From contig JAHFBQ010000001.1 in assembly GCA_023249935.1 (NCBI GenBank), positions 1-53,735 on the forward strand: a stretch of 53,735 nt of DNA, given 5' to 3'. The DNA is from a bacterium (lineage in GTDB: Bacteria; Babelota; Babeliae; Babelales; RVW-14). The translations under genes were made by a program, and so were the position numbers. Below the pieces are notes generated by a model, which worked only from the letters and a program-made list of their open reading frames with translations, was not told where the DNA came from and made no database searches. Positions 42,641-52,837 of the stretch are shown piece by piece. The stretch's first letter is position 1; each line of letters begins with the position of its first letter.

Positions 42641-44593
42641 ATGTGTGGGTTTGCCGGTTTTTGCCGACTTGAACGAACTGCTACAGCAATTGACACGCAA
42701 CTGTTGCAGTCGATGGCCAAAAAGCTTGTTCATCGTGGGCCTGATGACCAAGGTGTATGGCTCGATAGAAAATATGATGTTGGATTTGCAAACAGGCGGC
42801 TTTCAATCATAGATCTTTCTACTGCTGGGCAGATGCCTATGCATAGTAAAGATGGTTCCATTGTTATTACCTACAATGGTGAAATTTATAATTACAAAAA
42901 ATTACGAACAGAGCTAGAAGCCCTTGGGTATGTGTTTTGCTCAAACACCGATACCGAGGTAATTTTGCAAGGCTATGCGGCATGGGGTGATGGCGTATTG
43001 CATAAACTAGATGGCATATTTGCCTTTGCAATTTTCGATAAAGAGCGCAATGAACTTTTCATGGCGCGTGATCGTATTGGAGTAAAACCACTCTACTTTT
43101 CTTTGCAAGGTGGCTTTGTTAGTTTTGCATCAGAGATTAAGGCGCTTTGGGAATTGCCATGGATGCAGCAAGAAATATCACAACAGGCCATGTACCACTA
43201 CCTTACCTTTATGGTTACGCCAGCACCATACACCATATTTCGCGGTGTGTACAAATTGCCGGCAGGGTATTTCATGCACGTTGATGCGCAGCGAAACGTT
43301 ACCTTTTGTGAGTGGTACGATATTTTAAAGCAAACACCAGCCATTGCGCCGGCAGCGTGTATGGACACCTATGCAAGCATTGAAGTTATACATGATCTAC
43401 TACTTGAAGCGACCAAGAAGCGACTGATTGCCGATGTGCCAGTTGGCGCGTTTCTCTCTGGTGGGTTGGATTCAAGTTTAAACGTTGCTCTGATGGCGCA
43501 ATTTTTACCCAAGGTGCAGACATTTACCATAAGCTTTGCAGACGGCACAGAGCATGATGAACTTGCCTGGGCTCGGTTGGTTGCTCAACGTTTTGAGGCG
43601 GAGCATCATGAAATTACCATCACTGAGAAAGAAGCGGCGGAATTTTTTGAAACGATGATTTATCATCTTGATGAGCCGCTTGCCGATTGTGTTTGTATTC
43701 CTTTCTACTACGTTGCAAAGCTGGCTCGTGATGTTGGTATGAAGGTTGTGCAGGTTGGTGAGGGTGCTGATGAACTCTTCTTTGGGTATCCCGTTTATGC
43801 ACAACATGCCACCCTGCGTGATACCTGGTGGAATCCTGGCTTGCGGGCTGTGCCGTCATTTTTACGAAAACCTTTGAGTAGGGCTGCTGGAGCTTTTTTG
43901 AAAAAACGTCCTCATTATGCCGAGCTAATCGGTAACTGGGCGCAAGGCAGAGGCCATTTTTGGAGTGGGGCGATTGCGTTTAGTGAGCAACAAAAAGCGC
44001 TTATTCTTTCTTCTTCGTCCGTTCTTCAGCCGGAGCACGATGAGGTAGTTGCAAAAATTTATCCTGGCTTGCGACAGGAATTTGATAGCTATGCGATTAT
44101 TGATTATCACCGCCGGCGTCTTTTTGAAGCGCGGCCAAATGCTGATCTTGGTCAAGAAATTCTTTATCTTGAGCTAAAACATCGGTTGCCTGAGCTGCTG
44201 CTTATGAGAGCAGATAAAATGGCGATGGCTGCAAGTATTGAGGCTCGGGAACCGTATTTGGACTATCGACTTGTTGAATTTGCATTTCAAATCCCGCTTT
44301 CCATTAAGTATCAAAATCAGACCACAAAATTTTTGTTAAAACAGTTGGCGCGTGGCATTTTGCCCGATGTGATCATCGATAGGAAGAAGCAAGGTTTTGG
44401 GGCACCAACAGCTCGTTGGTACGAGCAAGGTAAGTTTTTCCCTCGTTATTATGATAAAGTTTCAACTGCTGCTTCGCCTGGAGCAAAGTTTTTTAAAACG
44501 GCGCAGCCAAGCCTCGAAAAAACATATCGTGCCGCGCAAGCACAATATGCTGTGCAGCGCTGGGTGCTGCAAAACCTTTGGGCAACGCGGTGA
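42641..44593 (+). CDS. Asparagine synthase (glutamine-hydrolysing)-family amidotransferase
   Basis: N-terminal MCGFAGF (Ntn Cys) and PP-loop SGGLDSS. AAGGGAG lies 6 nt before ATG 42641. Confidence 0.8.
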   Translation: MCGFAGFCRLERTATAIDTQLLQSMAKKLVHRGPDDQGVWLDRKYDVGFANRRLSIIDLSTAGQMPMHSKDGSIVITYNGEIYNYKKLRTELEALGYVFCSNTDTEVILQGYAAWGDGVLHKLDGIFAFAIFDKERNELFMARDRIGVKPLYFSLQGGFVSFASEIKALWELPWMQQEISQQAMYHYLTFMVTPAPYTIFRGVYKLPAGYFMHVDAQRNVTFCEWYDILKQTPAIAPAACMDTYASIEVIHDLLLEATKKRLIADVPVGAFLSGGLDSSLNVALMAQFLPKVQTFTISFADGTEHDELAWARLVAQRFEAEHHEITITEKEAAEFFETMIYHLDEPLADCVCIPFYYVAKLARDVGMKVVQVGEGADELFFGYPVYAQHATLRDTWWNPGLRAVPSFLRKPLSRAAGAFLKKRPHYAELIGNWAQGRGHFWSGAIAFSEQQKALILSSSSVLQPEHDEVVAKIYPGLRQEFDSYAIIDYHRRRLFEARPNADLGQEILYLELKHRLPELLLMRADKMAMAASIEAREPYLDYRLVEFAFQIPLSIKYQNQTTKFLLKQLARGILPDVIIDRKKQGFGAPTARWYEQGKFFPRYYDKVSTAASPGAKFFKTAQPSLEKTYRAAQAQYAVQRWVLQNLWATR

Positions 44594-45909
44594 TGAGAAT
44601 GCGTGAGTATGGTTGGCTTGCGTGTGGGGGTGCATTTTTTTTTCTTATGTCGTGGATACTTTTTTATCAAGTCCCGCCTACTAAAAACCACCAAGATATT
44701 GACTCCGGGGCCTATGTTCAGGCAGCAAGTTTTTTACTTGAGGATGGTTCATTTGAACGGCTTGTCACTACGCCGTACTATGGTCTTGGTTACCCTCTGT
44801 TCCTTGCTGGATTGAAAAAGATTGGGAGCAATTCTGTCGGTTTTATCGTTGCAATACAGGTTCTGTTGGCGTGGTTGGTTGCCCTGCTTGCCTGGAAGAT
44901 AGCCGACAACTTTTTTGGTCGTCGTGCTGCATGGATAGCTTATGTGCTTGCTCTTACTAATGTTGGCTTATTGGTGTTTGCTCAATTTTTATTAACCGAA
45001 ATAGTATTGGTACTGCTGTTAACACTTTTTGTTGAGCGTATGATCAGTTTTCTTGGCAATAAAAAACTAAGCACTCTTGTGTTGGCTGGGTTTTTTCTAG
45101 GATTGAGCTGCATTGTTAAGGCTGTGGCGGTGATGTTTGTTGTCCCTCTTGTATTTTTTGTAAGTGTTGCTTTTTGGAAAAATTGTTCTGTAATAAAAAA
45201 TATCTTTGGTTTATTAATTGCATTTGCGTTGCCATATGGCTTATACCAGGTGCACAACAAGGTAATGCTTGCTCCACACGGGCACTCGATGTTTACTGTC
45301 AATCTTTATGGTTGGTACTATCCACACCTACGAGCACAGATTAATGGGACAACGTCTGATGAAGAAAAAATATTTGTTCGGCAACAAGTTGCATCGCAAG
45401 AATTGCCTGCAATGCTGGTGCATGATGTTTTAGCCTATCCAGGGAAAGCATGCATTGCGCTAGGAAAAAATTGGATAAAAACATTATTGGGATTGTATAC
45501 AAGTAATGTCAAATTACTGATTGATACCCAATTTGTGTCCGGCGGTCTGTCATTTTTTAATTTAAAAGGGACGCTCTGGCAGCGTTTGTGGGGTTATATT
45601 GCCGGCAAGACTGCACACGTGTGGATTGGCGTGCTTGGTGTTGTAGAGGCATTTTTTCTCTTAATGCGCTACATCCTTGTTCCGTGTGGGCTCTGGGTAT
45701 TGTGTACACGTCGTCGTTGGGTTGAGCTTGTTTTTGTAGTCTTATATCTGGGGTATTTTATTGGCATCACTGGGCATGATGGCTGCGCTCGGTTCCGTTT
45801 GATGATCGATGTGCTTGTAGTTGTTTTAGCTGGTGGTGGGCTTGCTGTACTGAGTAAAAGCTGGTTGCCCAATGTTGGATTGCTAAAGGGTACTAGAAAA
45901 AAAGGATAA
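44593..45909 (+). CDS. GT-C-fold glycosyltransferase, ArnT/PMT_2-like paralog
   Basis: TPYYGLGYPLFLAG. Multi-pass. ATG 44593 overlaps the asnB-like stop (TGATG). Confidence 0.6.
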   Translation: MRMREYGWLACGGAFFFLMSWILFYQVPPTKNHQDIDSGAYVQAASFLLEDGSFERLVTTPYYGLGYPLFLAGLKKIGSNSVGFIVAIQVLLAWLVALLAWKIADNFFGRRAAWIAYVLALTNVGLLVFAQFLLTEIVLVLLLTLFVERMISFLGNKKLSTLVLAGFFLGLSCIVKAVAVMFVVPLVFFVSVAFWKNCSVIKNIFGLLIAFALPYGLYQVHNKVMLAPHGHSMFTVNLYGWYYPHLRAQINGTTSDEEKIFVRQQVASQELPAMLVHDVLAYPGKACIALGKNWIKTLLGLYTSNVKLLIDTQFVSGGLSFFNLKGTLWQRLWGYIAGKTAHVWIGVLGVVEAFFLLMRYILVPCGLWVLCTRRRWVELVFVVLYLGYFIGITGHDGCARFRLMIDVLVVVLAGGGLAVLSKSWLPNVGLLKGTRKKG

Positions 45910-45912
45910 AGA

Positions 45913-46944
45913 ATGAGTAATGTATATGTTGGTATTTTGGCTGGCGGCAGTGGAGAGCGTTTATGGCCATTAAGTCGGGCCAACAAGCCAAAGCAGCTAA
46001 TTCCTTTTGTGAATGGTAAATCGCTTTTGGATCAAACGATTGATCGTGTACTGATAAATCCAGCCATAGATAAAAATAATCTTTTCATTGTTACAAGTCA
46101 GCAACATGCGTTATTAATCGATGATGCAATCAAAAACCGTGTAGGCTTTATCCTAAGTGAGCCAGCGCCGCGCAATACGGCACCGGCAGTGCTACTGGCA
46201 TGCCAGACAATTATGCAGAAAGATCCGCAGGCGGTAGTGGTATTTTTACCTGCAGATCACTATGTTCCTGATGAGCAGGCATTTAATGAAACTTTGAATA
46301 GAATGATCGATTACGCAACCAGGCATAAAGAGCTGGTACTTATGGGGTTAAAACCGCGCAATGCAGCTACGGGGTTTGGCTATATTCAAACAAGTACGCA
46401 TGCGCAGGAAGTGGGTGCTTTGCGTGTAGTGCGGTTTCATGAAAAGCCAAATGAAAAAACTGCTGAATTTTATATTCATCAGGATGATTTTTTGTGGAAT
46501 CTTGGCATTTTTGCTGGCCAGGTCAAGGTTTTTCTCGATGAATTTATCACCTATGCGTTAGATCTTTTTGTTGGTGTAGAGCGTTATTTGGCTGGTAACC
46601 TTGCCTATGAAGCATTACCAAAAATCTCGATTGATTACTCGATTATTGAAAAATCACCGCGATTAACCGTCATGCCGGCATCATTTGAATGGTTCGATAT
46701 TGGCAATTTACAATCATTTCTTTCTGTGCAGGCCCAATATTCTCAACTAGCAAGCAATGTTTTGTCTCTGTATGCCCATGATAATTTAGCCTCTGTGAAT
46801 AAAAAAGTAGTTGCTTTTATAGGTGTAAGTAATGTCTGTGTTGTTGAAACAGATGATGCACTGCTTATTGTGAATAGAGCAAACGTTGAAGAAGTGCGCG
46901 ATATCCTTCCTGCGGTGAAGAAAGTTGAGGCTTCTCTTCTGTAA
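45913..46944 (+). CDS. manC: Mannose-1-phosphate guanylyltransferase (nucleotidyltransferase domain only)
   Basis: Motifs ILAGGSGERLWPLSRANKPKQ, LPADH and FHEKP. 343 aa, with no C-terminal isomerase/cupin part. Confidence 0.75.
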   Translation: MSNVYVGILAGGSGERLWPLSRANKPKQLIPFVNGKSLLDQTIDRVLINPAIDKNNLFIVTSQQHALLIDDAIKNRVGFILSEPAPRNTAPAVLLACQTIMQKDPQAVVVFLPADHYVPDEQAFNETLNRMIDYATRHKELVLMGLKPRNAATGFGYIQTSTHAQEVGALRVVRFHEKPNEKTAEFYIHQDDFLWNLGIFAGQVKVFLDEFITYALDLFVGVERYLAGNLAYEALPKISIDYSIIEKSPRLTVMPASFEWFDIGNLQSFLSVQAQYSQLASNVLSLYAHDNLASVNKKVVAFIGVSNVCVVETDDALLIVNRANVEEVRDILPAVKKVEASLL

Positions 46945-47041
46945 GAGACTGTTCAGAAACTATTTTTGCAGCTTCTTGAAAATACTCTTGTCAACCGATT
47001 AAACTATCCCTGGTGATTATTCGAAAAAAAAGGGGCTGGTT

Positions 47042-47755
47042 ATGAAGAAGTTGGAAGATGTTATCATTTCTATCGATGAGCGTGTAGATAGGTCATTTGG
47101 TCGTTTTTTTGCAAAAATAGCAAAGCACTTTTCAGTTTTTAGTAGTTTGGTTTTAGTGGTTCTGCTGGCGTTATTTTTGTTTAAGGTTGTGCATTATCGA
47201 ACCTACTATCTCTCATCGGTAATTGAGCAAGATGTAGTACGAATTGCACGAATCCTTGCTTCTGTTGATAAAAATTGTACCGTTTTGAGCATGAATGGCG
47301 AGTACATGCCAGTAAATTTCTTGACGGTGAAATCATTTGTTGGCTCAAGCGTTGGTGGTCTTAATTTAGCCTATCCACAAAAGTGGCAAGGGCCTTACGC
47401 AGAAACAAGTCCTACCTATCAACAACGTTTTTATGAAATCGTCAGAACGCGTGAAGGGCTTTTTGTTGTACCTGGTCAGGGAGTAACATTGCCAAATGGT
47501 TTTATTATGGGGCGAGATGTTCTTATCGACTATGATACTTCAGTCAAAAAAATGCTTTCAAAGGGCGGGGTACTGAATCATCAAGGGAGCTTGTTGGGGC
47601 AACAACTTGGCTTCAAGGCTGGTGATTGGGATCCAAAGATTGGTGCAAATCGGTCAACGGCTGATCGGATAAACTCCTATATCAAGGAATTTAATCAGGC
47701 GATGCCTTTTGCAAAAAATCATATAACGGTGAATGAAGAAGTTATTGATGCTTAG
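47042..47755 (+). CDS. Hypothetical protein with one N-terminal membrane anchor
   Basis: ORF with an RBS-like AAGGGG and a hydrophobic helix FSVFSSLVLVVLLALFLFKV. No family recognised. Confidence 0.55.
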   Translation: MKKLEDVIISIDERVDRSFGRFFAKIAKHFSVFSSLVLVVLLALFLFKVVHYRTYYLSSVIEQDVVRIARILASVDKNCTVLSMNGEYMPVNFLTVKSFVGSSVGGLNLAYPQKWQGPYAETSPTYQQRFYEIVRTREGLFVVPGQGVTLPNGFIMGRDVLIDYDTSVKKMLSKGGVLNHQGSLLGQQLGFKAGDWDPKIGANRSTADRINSYIKEFNQAMPFAKNHITVNEEVIDA

Positions 47756-47784
47756 TGTTTAAAAATGTCTAACACCTAACAGAT

Positions 47785-47823
47785 AAGGCGAGTGGAATAA
47801 TTATTCCACTCGCCTTGTTTTTT
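47785..47823 (+). terminator. Intrinsic terminator (perfect 32-nt palindrome + T6)
   Basis: AAGGCGAGTGGAATAA/TTATTCCACTCGCCTT (47785-47816) followed by GTTTTTT. It sits between convergent genes. Confidence 0.8.
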
Positions 47824-47827
47824 ATGA

Positions 47828-49051
47828 CTAGCTACTTGATTGTGGTGTGATATGAACAAATCCAGTGCAACCAATGTTGATCATTGTTATGCCAATTGAT
47901 CGTAAGATACCGCTGCATGCCATGGCTAAATTCATCAAACCACCAGATATTTTGGACTTGCTGAGTACTGTAGCTAAGTATCCTAGGTTCGCAATAATAT
48001 CAAGGGGTTCTCCAAATTGCTCGAATGTTTTTGCTATATTTGGATATCCAAAACCTTCAGCAACCATACCATAGCCGTCATATCCAGGGATTGGGAGAAA
48101 GTTCTTAAGTTCGCCGATGTCTTTAAGATCTATAGTTGTAGTCGAGATTCCTTCTGCAGCCTTAAGAGCTGCATTGCTGGCAAGGCCGCATAATGGTCCA
48201 GCTGCATAGTAAGCTGCAATTTTGCCATGATTTAGAAGATTTTTTTTGTGCAGAGCGGATTCAAGTTTGGTTTTGTACTCAGCAGATTCATACAGCGTTT
48301 GCAAATCAGAATTAGGGTACGCTTGGGCTAATACGCGCAAAATGGATTTTTCAACTGTACGGGTATCTTTTTGAGTTACTTCCTCTAGATCTAACAGCAT
48401 TACAGGTGTTACAAAATTGTGAGCATCGGGGTTAATGCCACAGAGATTAACTTGTGGAAAAATCTCGATGCTATCTGAAGGGATCTCTAGTGATTCGGCG
48501 CCGAGATGCATCGATGGGATGTGTCCGTTAGCAAGATAATTTACAAGAATATGTCCGGCCTCATGACACAATTTTACGAAGAACCAGCCAAATATTTGCT
48601 TAGGGAATGATGCAAGTAAGTGTTTTGGACAGAGTTGTGCCAATTCAAAAAACTGAAAATCGTTGTTTGGGTTTGTATAGTGAAAACAAAGAGTGCTTAG
48701 CCCTACGAGTATTACTCCAATTGCTCCAAGATCAAGTTTTGACTTGCAGCTTCCTTGCCAGAATGATTGAAGAGCTTGTTTACTCCAGGTAAGGATTTCC
48801 TTCAGAGATGGTCGCTGTTTCCAAGATATAGTTTTCGTTTTTGTTTTCTCGATTAGCTCGTCAAAGCTATAAGGTTCCTCACCAAAAAACAGATCAATGC
48901 GCTCATTTAGTAGGGAGGTTTCTTCTGTAGGCATTTGAACTCTGAACGTATCAGAATCTAAAGGGAGAGCAAAGGCAATGATTTTTGTAAAGGAAACAAG
49001 CATCAGTCCTATGCTGATAACAGATGCTTTGAATAAAATTGATTGATGCAT
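47828..49051 (-). CDS. M50/site-2-protease-like zinc metalloprotease paralog
   Basis: HEAGH lies in a hydrophobic context (FVKLCHEAGHILVNYL). A second motif is KNFLPIPGYDG (NxxPxxxxDG). N-terminal signal-like helix. Confidence 0.6.
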   Translation of the reverse strand: MHQSILFKASVISIGLMLVSFTKIIAFALPLDSDTFRVQMPTEETSLLNERIDLFFGEEPYSFDELIEKTKTKTISWKQRPSLKEILTWSKQALQSFWQGSCKSKLDLGAIGVILVGLSTLCFHYTNPNNDFQFFELAQLCPKHLLASFPKQIFGWFFVKLCHEAGHILVNYLANGHIPSMHLGAESLEIPSDSIEIFPQVNLCGINPDAHNFVTPVMLLDLEEVTQKDTRTVEKSILRVLAQAYPNSDLQTLYESAEYKTKLESALHKKNLLNHGKIAAYYAAGPLCGLASNAALKAAEGISTTTIDLKDIGELKNFLPIPGYDGYGMVAEGFGYPNIAKTFEQFGEPLDIIANLGYLATVLSKSKISGGLMNLAMACSGILRSIGITMINIGCTGFVHITPQSSS

Positions 49052-49079
49052 AATAGAAGTGCTCCAGGATGCTAGGTTT

Positions 49080-50177
49080 TTAATTGCCGGTACAGTGGAA
49101 TTTCCCCATTGAGGCGTAGTTTATACAGACGAGGCCTAGTGCGTGCATTAATAAACTCATAGGATTGCGATTGGGGTGTTTTGTATGCAATTCAGCGAGT
49201 GCTTTAATCAAGAGACTTGTTATTACTGTTGGCTGGTAAAGCTCATTGCCAATCGCAACAACACTTGGTGCATCAAGAACTTCTTCTATAATTATTCCTC
49301 CATCAGACCTAGTAGTTGGAATTAAATTGAGAAGTTGTTTGATATCAAAATGATCAATCGAAAGAAGAGACGTTCCTGTCCAAAGTTTAAGGAGGCCGTT
49401 GGTTATAAGACCACTGGCCACACCTGCTATTGCAATAACGAAAAATTTGAGACGTTGTTTTAAGCTTTTATCATGGGGTAAATTTTTGGCAGCAATAAAA
49501 TCTCTTTGGTACTCAGAAAGCTGTAGGAGCTCTTGAGAAGAGAGTGATGGATACAAAGCAGCAAATTTTGCGTGGATCTTGTTAGCGATTTGTCTGAATT
49601 TTTCTTCGGAATAGAATTGATTGCCTATATTGGTTGTACAACCAATAGAAGGATCAAGCCCGCTTAGGGTGACATGTGGTATAACCTCAACGCCATCGCT
49701 CTCTTCATGAGTGCCGAGGTAAACATCAGAAACTTTGCCGTTTACAAAATAATTGGCCAGCGCATGACCGCCCTCGTGAGCGAAATTAACAGCAAGATAA
49801 CGTGTATATTGTGCTGCCATAGCCATAAGAAAACCTGAAAGGGAACTACTTTTAAGATCCTCAAAATGAACTTCTGGACTGGACAAGAAGATGAGGGTTG
49901 CGCCGAGCAAAAGAAGGCTTCCTGGGAGTTGAGGTCGCTCAGAATCTTCAGCTATCGAAGAGCCAAGGCTACAGAACCATTCTTTCCATGAAAGCTTGCG
50001 AGGCTTTTTTGGGGAGTTTGCAGGGAATGCTGATGGAGCTTGTTCTTCAACATCATTCATAATAATCGAATGGGATGATTGGCAAGAAACCTGTTCCATC
50101 TGTGCAGAAAGCGGGCATGTGCCCGCGAAGATGGTGGCACTAAGAAGAAGATATGCGACTAACCGCATGGAAATCAT
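49080..50177 (-). CDS. M50/site-2-protease-like zinc metalloprotease paralog
   Basis: Motifs FAHEGGHALANYF and LNLIPTTRSDGG. Signal-like MRLVAYLLLSATIFAG. The start is uncertain (50177, 50168 or 50204). Confidence 0.6.
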   Translation of the reverse strand: MISMRLVAYLLLSATIFAGTCPLSAQMEQVSCQSSHSIIMNDVEEQAPSAFPANSPKKPRKLSWKEWFCSLGSSIAEDSERPQLPGSLLLLGATLIFLSSPEVHFEDLKSSSLSGFLMAMAAQYTRYLAVNFAHEGGHALANYFVNGKVSDVYLGTHEESDGVEVIPHVTLSGLDPSIGCTTNIGNQFYSEEKFRQIANKIHAKFAALYPSLSSQELLQLSEYQRDFIAAKNLPHDKSLKQRLKFFVIAIAGVASGLITNGLLKLWTGTSLLSIDHFDIKQLLNLIPTTRSDGGIIIEEVLDAPSVVAIGNELYQPTVITSLLIKALAELHTKHPNRNPMSLLMHALGLVCINYASMGKFHCTGN

Positions 50178-50345
50178 AATCTTATCCCTATTCAAGAACC
50201 CCATAATTTCTCATAAACACCCAATAATTCTAGGGTGCGTGCATAAAGTGTCAATCGACCCAATGCTACTATGCAAGGGCGAAGGGGAGGGTTGAGATAA
50301 GAGATTTCAGACAGCAATAATCGCTATCGTTTTTTTACTATTAGA

Positions 50346-52688
50346 TCATTGTGTAGGTTTAAGAAACGTCGACAGGATCTTCTTTTTGCCTATTTTAAAG
50401 ATGGCGGTAACATAAAATTCGTCGCTACTGACTCGTTCAACCTCTGTAATGATACCAGGCCCGAATTTTTTATGGCTTATTCGCTGATTCTTGAACCAGG
50501 GAGTTGCTACTGGCGCAGGTTTAGAAGCGGTTGCTGGGCGAGCGAGGGGGGCTGTAGGAGCGGTAACCGGTTTTTTGGTTATTCCTGCAGTTCCATATGT
50601 TTTTATAGTGCTTGCCGTTGTGCCGGCTCCAGAGAGAAGCTGGTTGCCGAGCCATTGCTGAAGAAGTTGGTTGATTTGCCAGGCCTGATATCGTTCAACA
50701 TCAAGAGATTTGAATAGATTTGGGGTAATTTCCCCGATAAAACGTGATTGTACTTGATCGGTGAATTGGCCATACGTGTTGCGAGCATGGGCACTCAGCA
50801 GCAATAGATATTCTTTTGCTCGTGTAATTCCAACATAAAAAAGCCTACGTTCTTCTTCAAGTTCGTTGTTTGTGTTGAGCGATTTAGTGCTAGGGAGGAT
50901 GCCGTCATCAAGGCCGGTAATGATTACTAGATTAAATTCTAGTCCTTTGGCCGCGTGCAGTGTCATGAGCTGTACTTGTTTCTGTGGATTCTCAAGATCG
51001 TTTTTTTCTTGTAACAGCGCGATATCTTGTAAGAACAGCTCAAGTAAGCATGCTGTACTATCAACGACACCAAGGATGCCTACCGATGACCCATCTATCC
51101 GCGCTTCTTGTGCATTTTTTTCAAAAATTTCTACAGCGCGCAGCAATTCGTTAACGTTTTGTAATTTTTCATCTGCTTCTTTGGGGTCCAACGTCTCGCG
51201 TAAAAAATTTGCATATTCGGTGCGTTCTAAGATTGCGTTGAGTAGATTGCTAGGTAGATCGTTTCTATGGAGTACTTCAAAAAGATCGACGAATTTATTG
51301 AGACCATTGAAGTGTGCTGCTAATAAATCTACTTGTTTATCAAGTGGCAGTGTTCGAATGAGCTCTTTAAAATCAAGGAACGGGTTGCGTCCCATAGCTG
51401 CAAGCAGTTCAGTTTCGCATTTTTTCCCGAGGCCGCGCGTTGGTGTATTTATAACGCGCAGTAGGCTCAACCGATCAAATGGGTTGATAATAAGCTTGAG
51501 ATAGGCAAGCAGATCTTTAATTTCTTTGCGTTCATAAAATCGAATGCCCCCTACAATTTTGTAGGGAATACTGTGATAAATTAGAGCTTCTTCTATGGTG
51601 CGTGATTGATAATGAGTGCGGTATAGAATTGCTACATTATTCAAGGGAGTGGTGGTAGGTAAGAGCTTGAGGGTCTGCGCTATGATCTCGGCTTCCTGTT
51701 CTCCTGATCTGCTTTGTAGGTGTAAAATGCGCTGTGTGCCTTTTTTGTCTGACCAGAGATTCTTTGGGTTACGTAGCTTGTTATTGCTAATGATGCTGTT
51801 GGCTGCTTGTAGAATGCTGTTGGCAGATCGATAATTTTGTTCGATCTTTACCATGGTAACTGGTTTAAAATCGTGCTGAAATTTGAGCATGTTGGCAACG
51901 TTTGCACCTCGCCAGGAGTAGATAGATTGGTCTTCGTCGCCAACCGCACAGATTGAATCTACGGCAACTTTGTTCTCGTTTGTAAGTGCCATTTCTCTCA
52001 GTAAATCGTGTTGTACGGTACTAGTATCCTGGTACTCATCAACGAGGATGTGTTTTACGCGGGATTGAAACGTTGTTTTAAAAACAGCATTTTTCTTAAG
52101 AAGGCGCAACACATTGAGAATAAGATCATCAAAGTCAAAAGCGTGGGCAGCATTTTTTTCTTCTTCGTAAGCATGAAAAATTTCACGCAACAATGGCTGA
52201 ACGATTGTCGTTTCATCCTGCGAATTCTTAATCGAAGAGATTTGGTAGGCAAGTTGAGATGCGCTTACCTGTTTTTCTAGTACATGCTTTTTAACTAAAT
52301 TTTTCAGAATAGTAGCTTGATCATCTGAATCAAGAATTGAAAAGTGAGGGAATGGCAGCAGGTGAGGGTTGTTGCGTAAAATCTGCAGGCAGTAGGCGTG
52401 GAAGGTGCCAACAAATGGAAGATTATTTTTTGTACCTAAGAAATTAATGATGCGCGCTTTCATTTCTTCGGCCGCTTTGTTAGTGAAGGTAAGTGCTACA
52501 ATGGAGCGTGGATCAGTGCCTTCTTCAAGAATGAGATTGGTGATGCGAGCAGTAATGACGCGCGTCTTTCCTGATCCTGCACCAGCAATAACGAGCAACG
52601 CCCCAGTGGCGGGAGTTACAGCATTTTTTTGGGGCTCATTGAGCTGTGAATCAATAAAATTTTTAAAAGAATCAGGCGCTACTTGCAT
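50346..52688 (-). CDS. uvrD: ATP-dependent DNA helicase, UvrD/PcrA/Rep family
   Basis: Motifs AGAGSGKTRV, LTFTNKAAEEM, VDEYQDT, TLHAAKGLEF and VGITRAK. C-terminal extension ending in a FGPG...V module. Confidence 0.85.
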   Translation of the reverse strand: MQVAPDSFKNFIDSQLNEPQKNAVTPATGALLVIAGAGSGKTRVITARITNLILEEGTDPRSIVALTFTNKAAEEMKARIINFLGTKNNLPFVGTFHAYCLQILRNNPHLLPFPHFSILDSDDQATILKNLVKKHVLEKQVSASQLAYQISSIKNSQDETTIVQPLLREIFHAYEEEKNAAHAFDFDDLILNVLRLLKKNAVFKTTFQSRVKHILVDEYQDTSTVQHDLLREMALTNENKVAVDSICAVGDEDQSIYSWRGANVANMLKFQHDFKPVTMVKIEQNYRSANSILQAANSIISNNKLRNPKNLWSDKKGTQRILHLQSRSGEQEAEIIAQTLKLLPTTTPLNNVAILYRTHYQSRTIEEALIYHSIPYKIVGGIRFYERKEIKDLLAYLKLIINPFDRLSLLRVINTPTRGLGKKCETELLAAMGRNPFLDFKELIRTLPLDKQVDLLAAHFNGLNKFVDLFEVLHRNDLPSNLLNAILERTEYANFLRETLDPKEADEKLQNVNELLRAVEIFEKNAQEARIDGSSVGILGVVDSTACLLELFLQDIALLQEKNDLENPQKQVQLMTLHAAKGLEFNLVIITGLDDGILPSTKSLNTNNELEEERRLFYVGITRAKEYLLLLSAHARNTYGQFTDQVQSRFIGEITPNLFKSLDVERYQAWQINQLLQQWLGNQLLSGAGTTASTIKTYGTAGITKKPVTAPTAPLARPATASKPAPVATPWFKNQRISHKKFGPGIITEVERVSSDEFYVTAIFKIGKKKILSTFLKPTQ

Positions 52689-52778
52689 GCGATCACCCTT
52701 GTCAAAGAAGCTTATTTTTTATCCGTCTAGTGTACGTGAGTTTATAAAAAATTCATCTTCTATGTGTGATCGTATATA

Positions 52779-52815
52779 CAAAAAAGGGCTCAGATTTTTG
52801 TCCGAGCCCTTTTTT
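52779..52815 (-). terminator. Intrinsic terminator after the translocase gene (bidirectional shape)
   Basis: GGGCTCAGA-TTTTTG-TCCGAGCCC, flanked by an A-run and a T-run. Confidence 0.7.
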
Positions 52816-52837
52816 AACAAATCTACGGAGCAGATTT

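Noticed and set aside
42060-42751. Minus-strand ORFs (42060..42407, 42479..42751, 42532..42720) opposite the FAD oxidoreductase/asnB junction
   Set aside because: They are antisense to well-supported genes and have no RBS or motifs.
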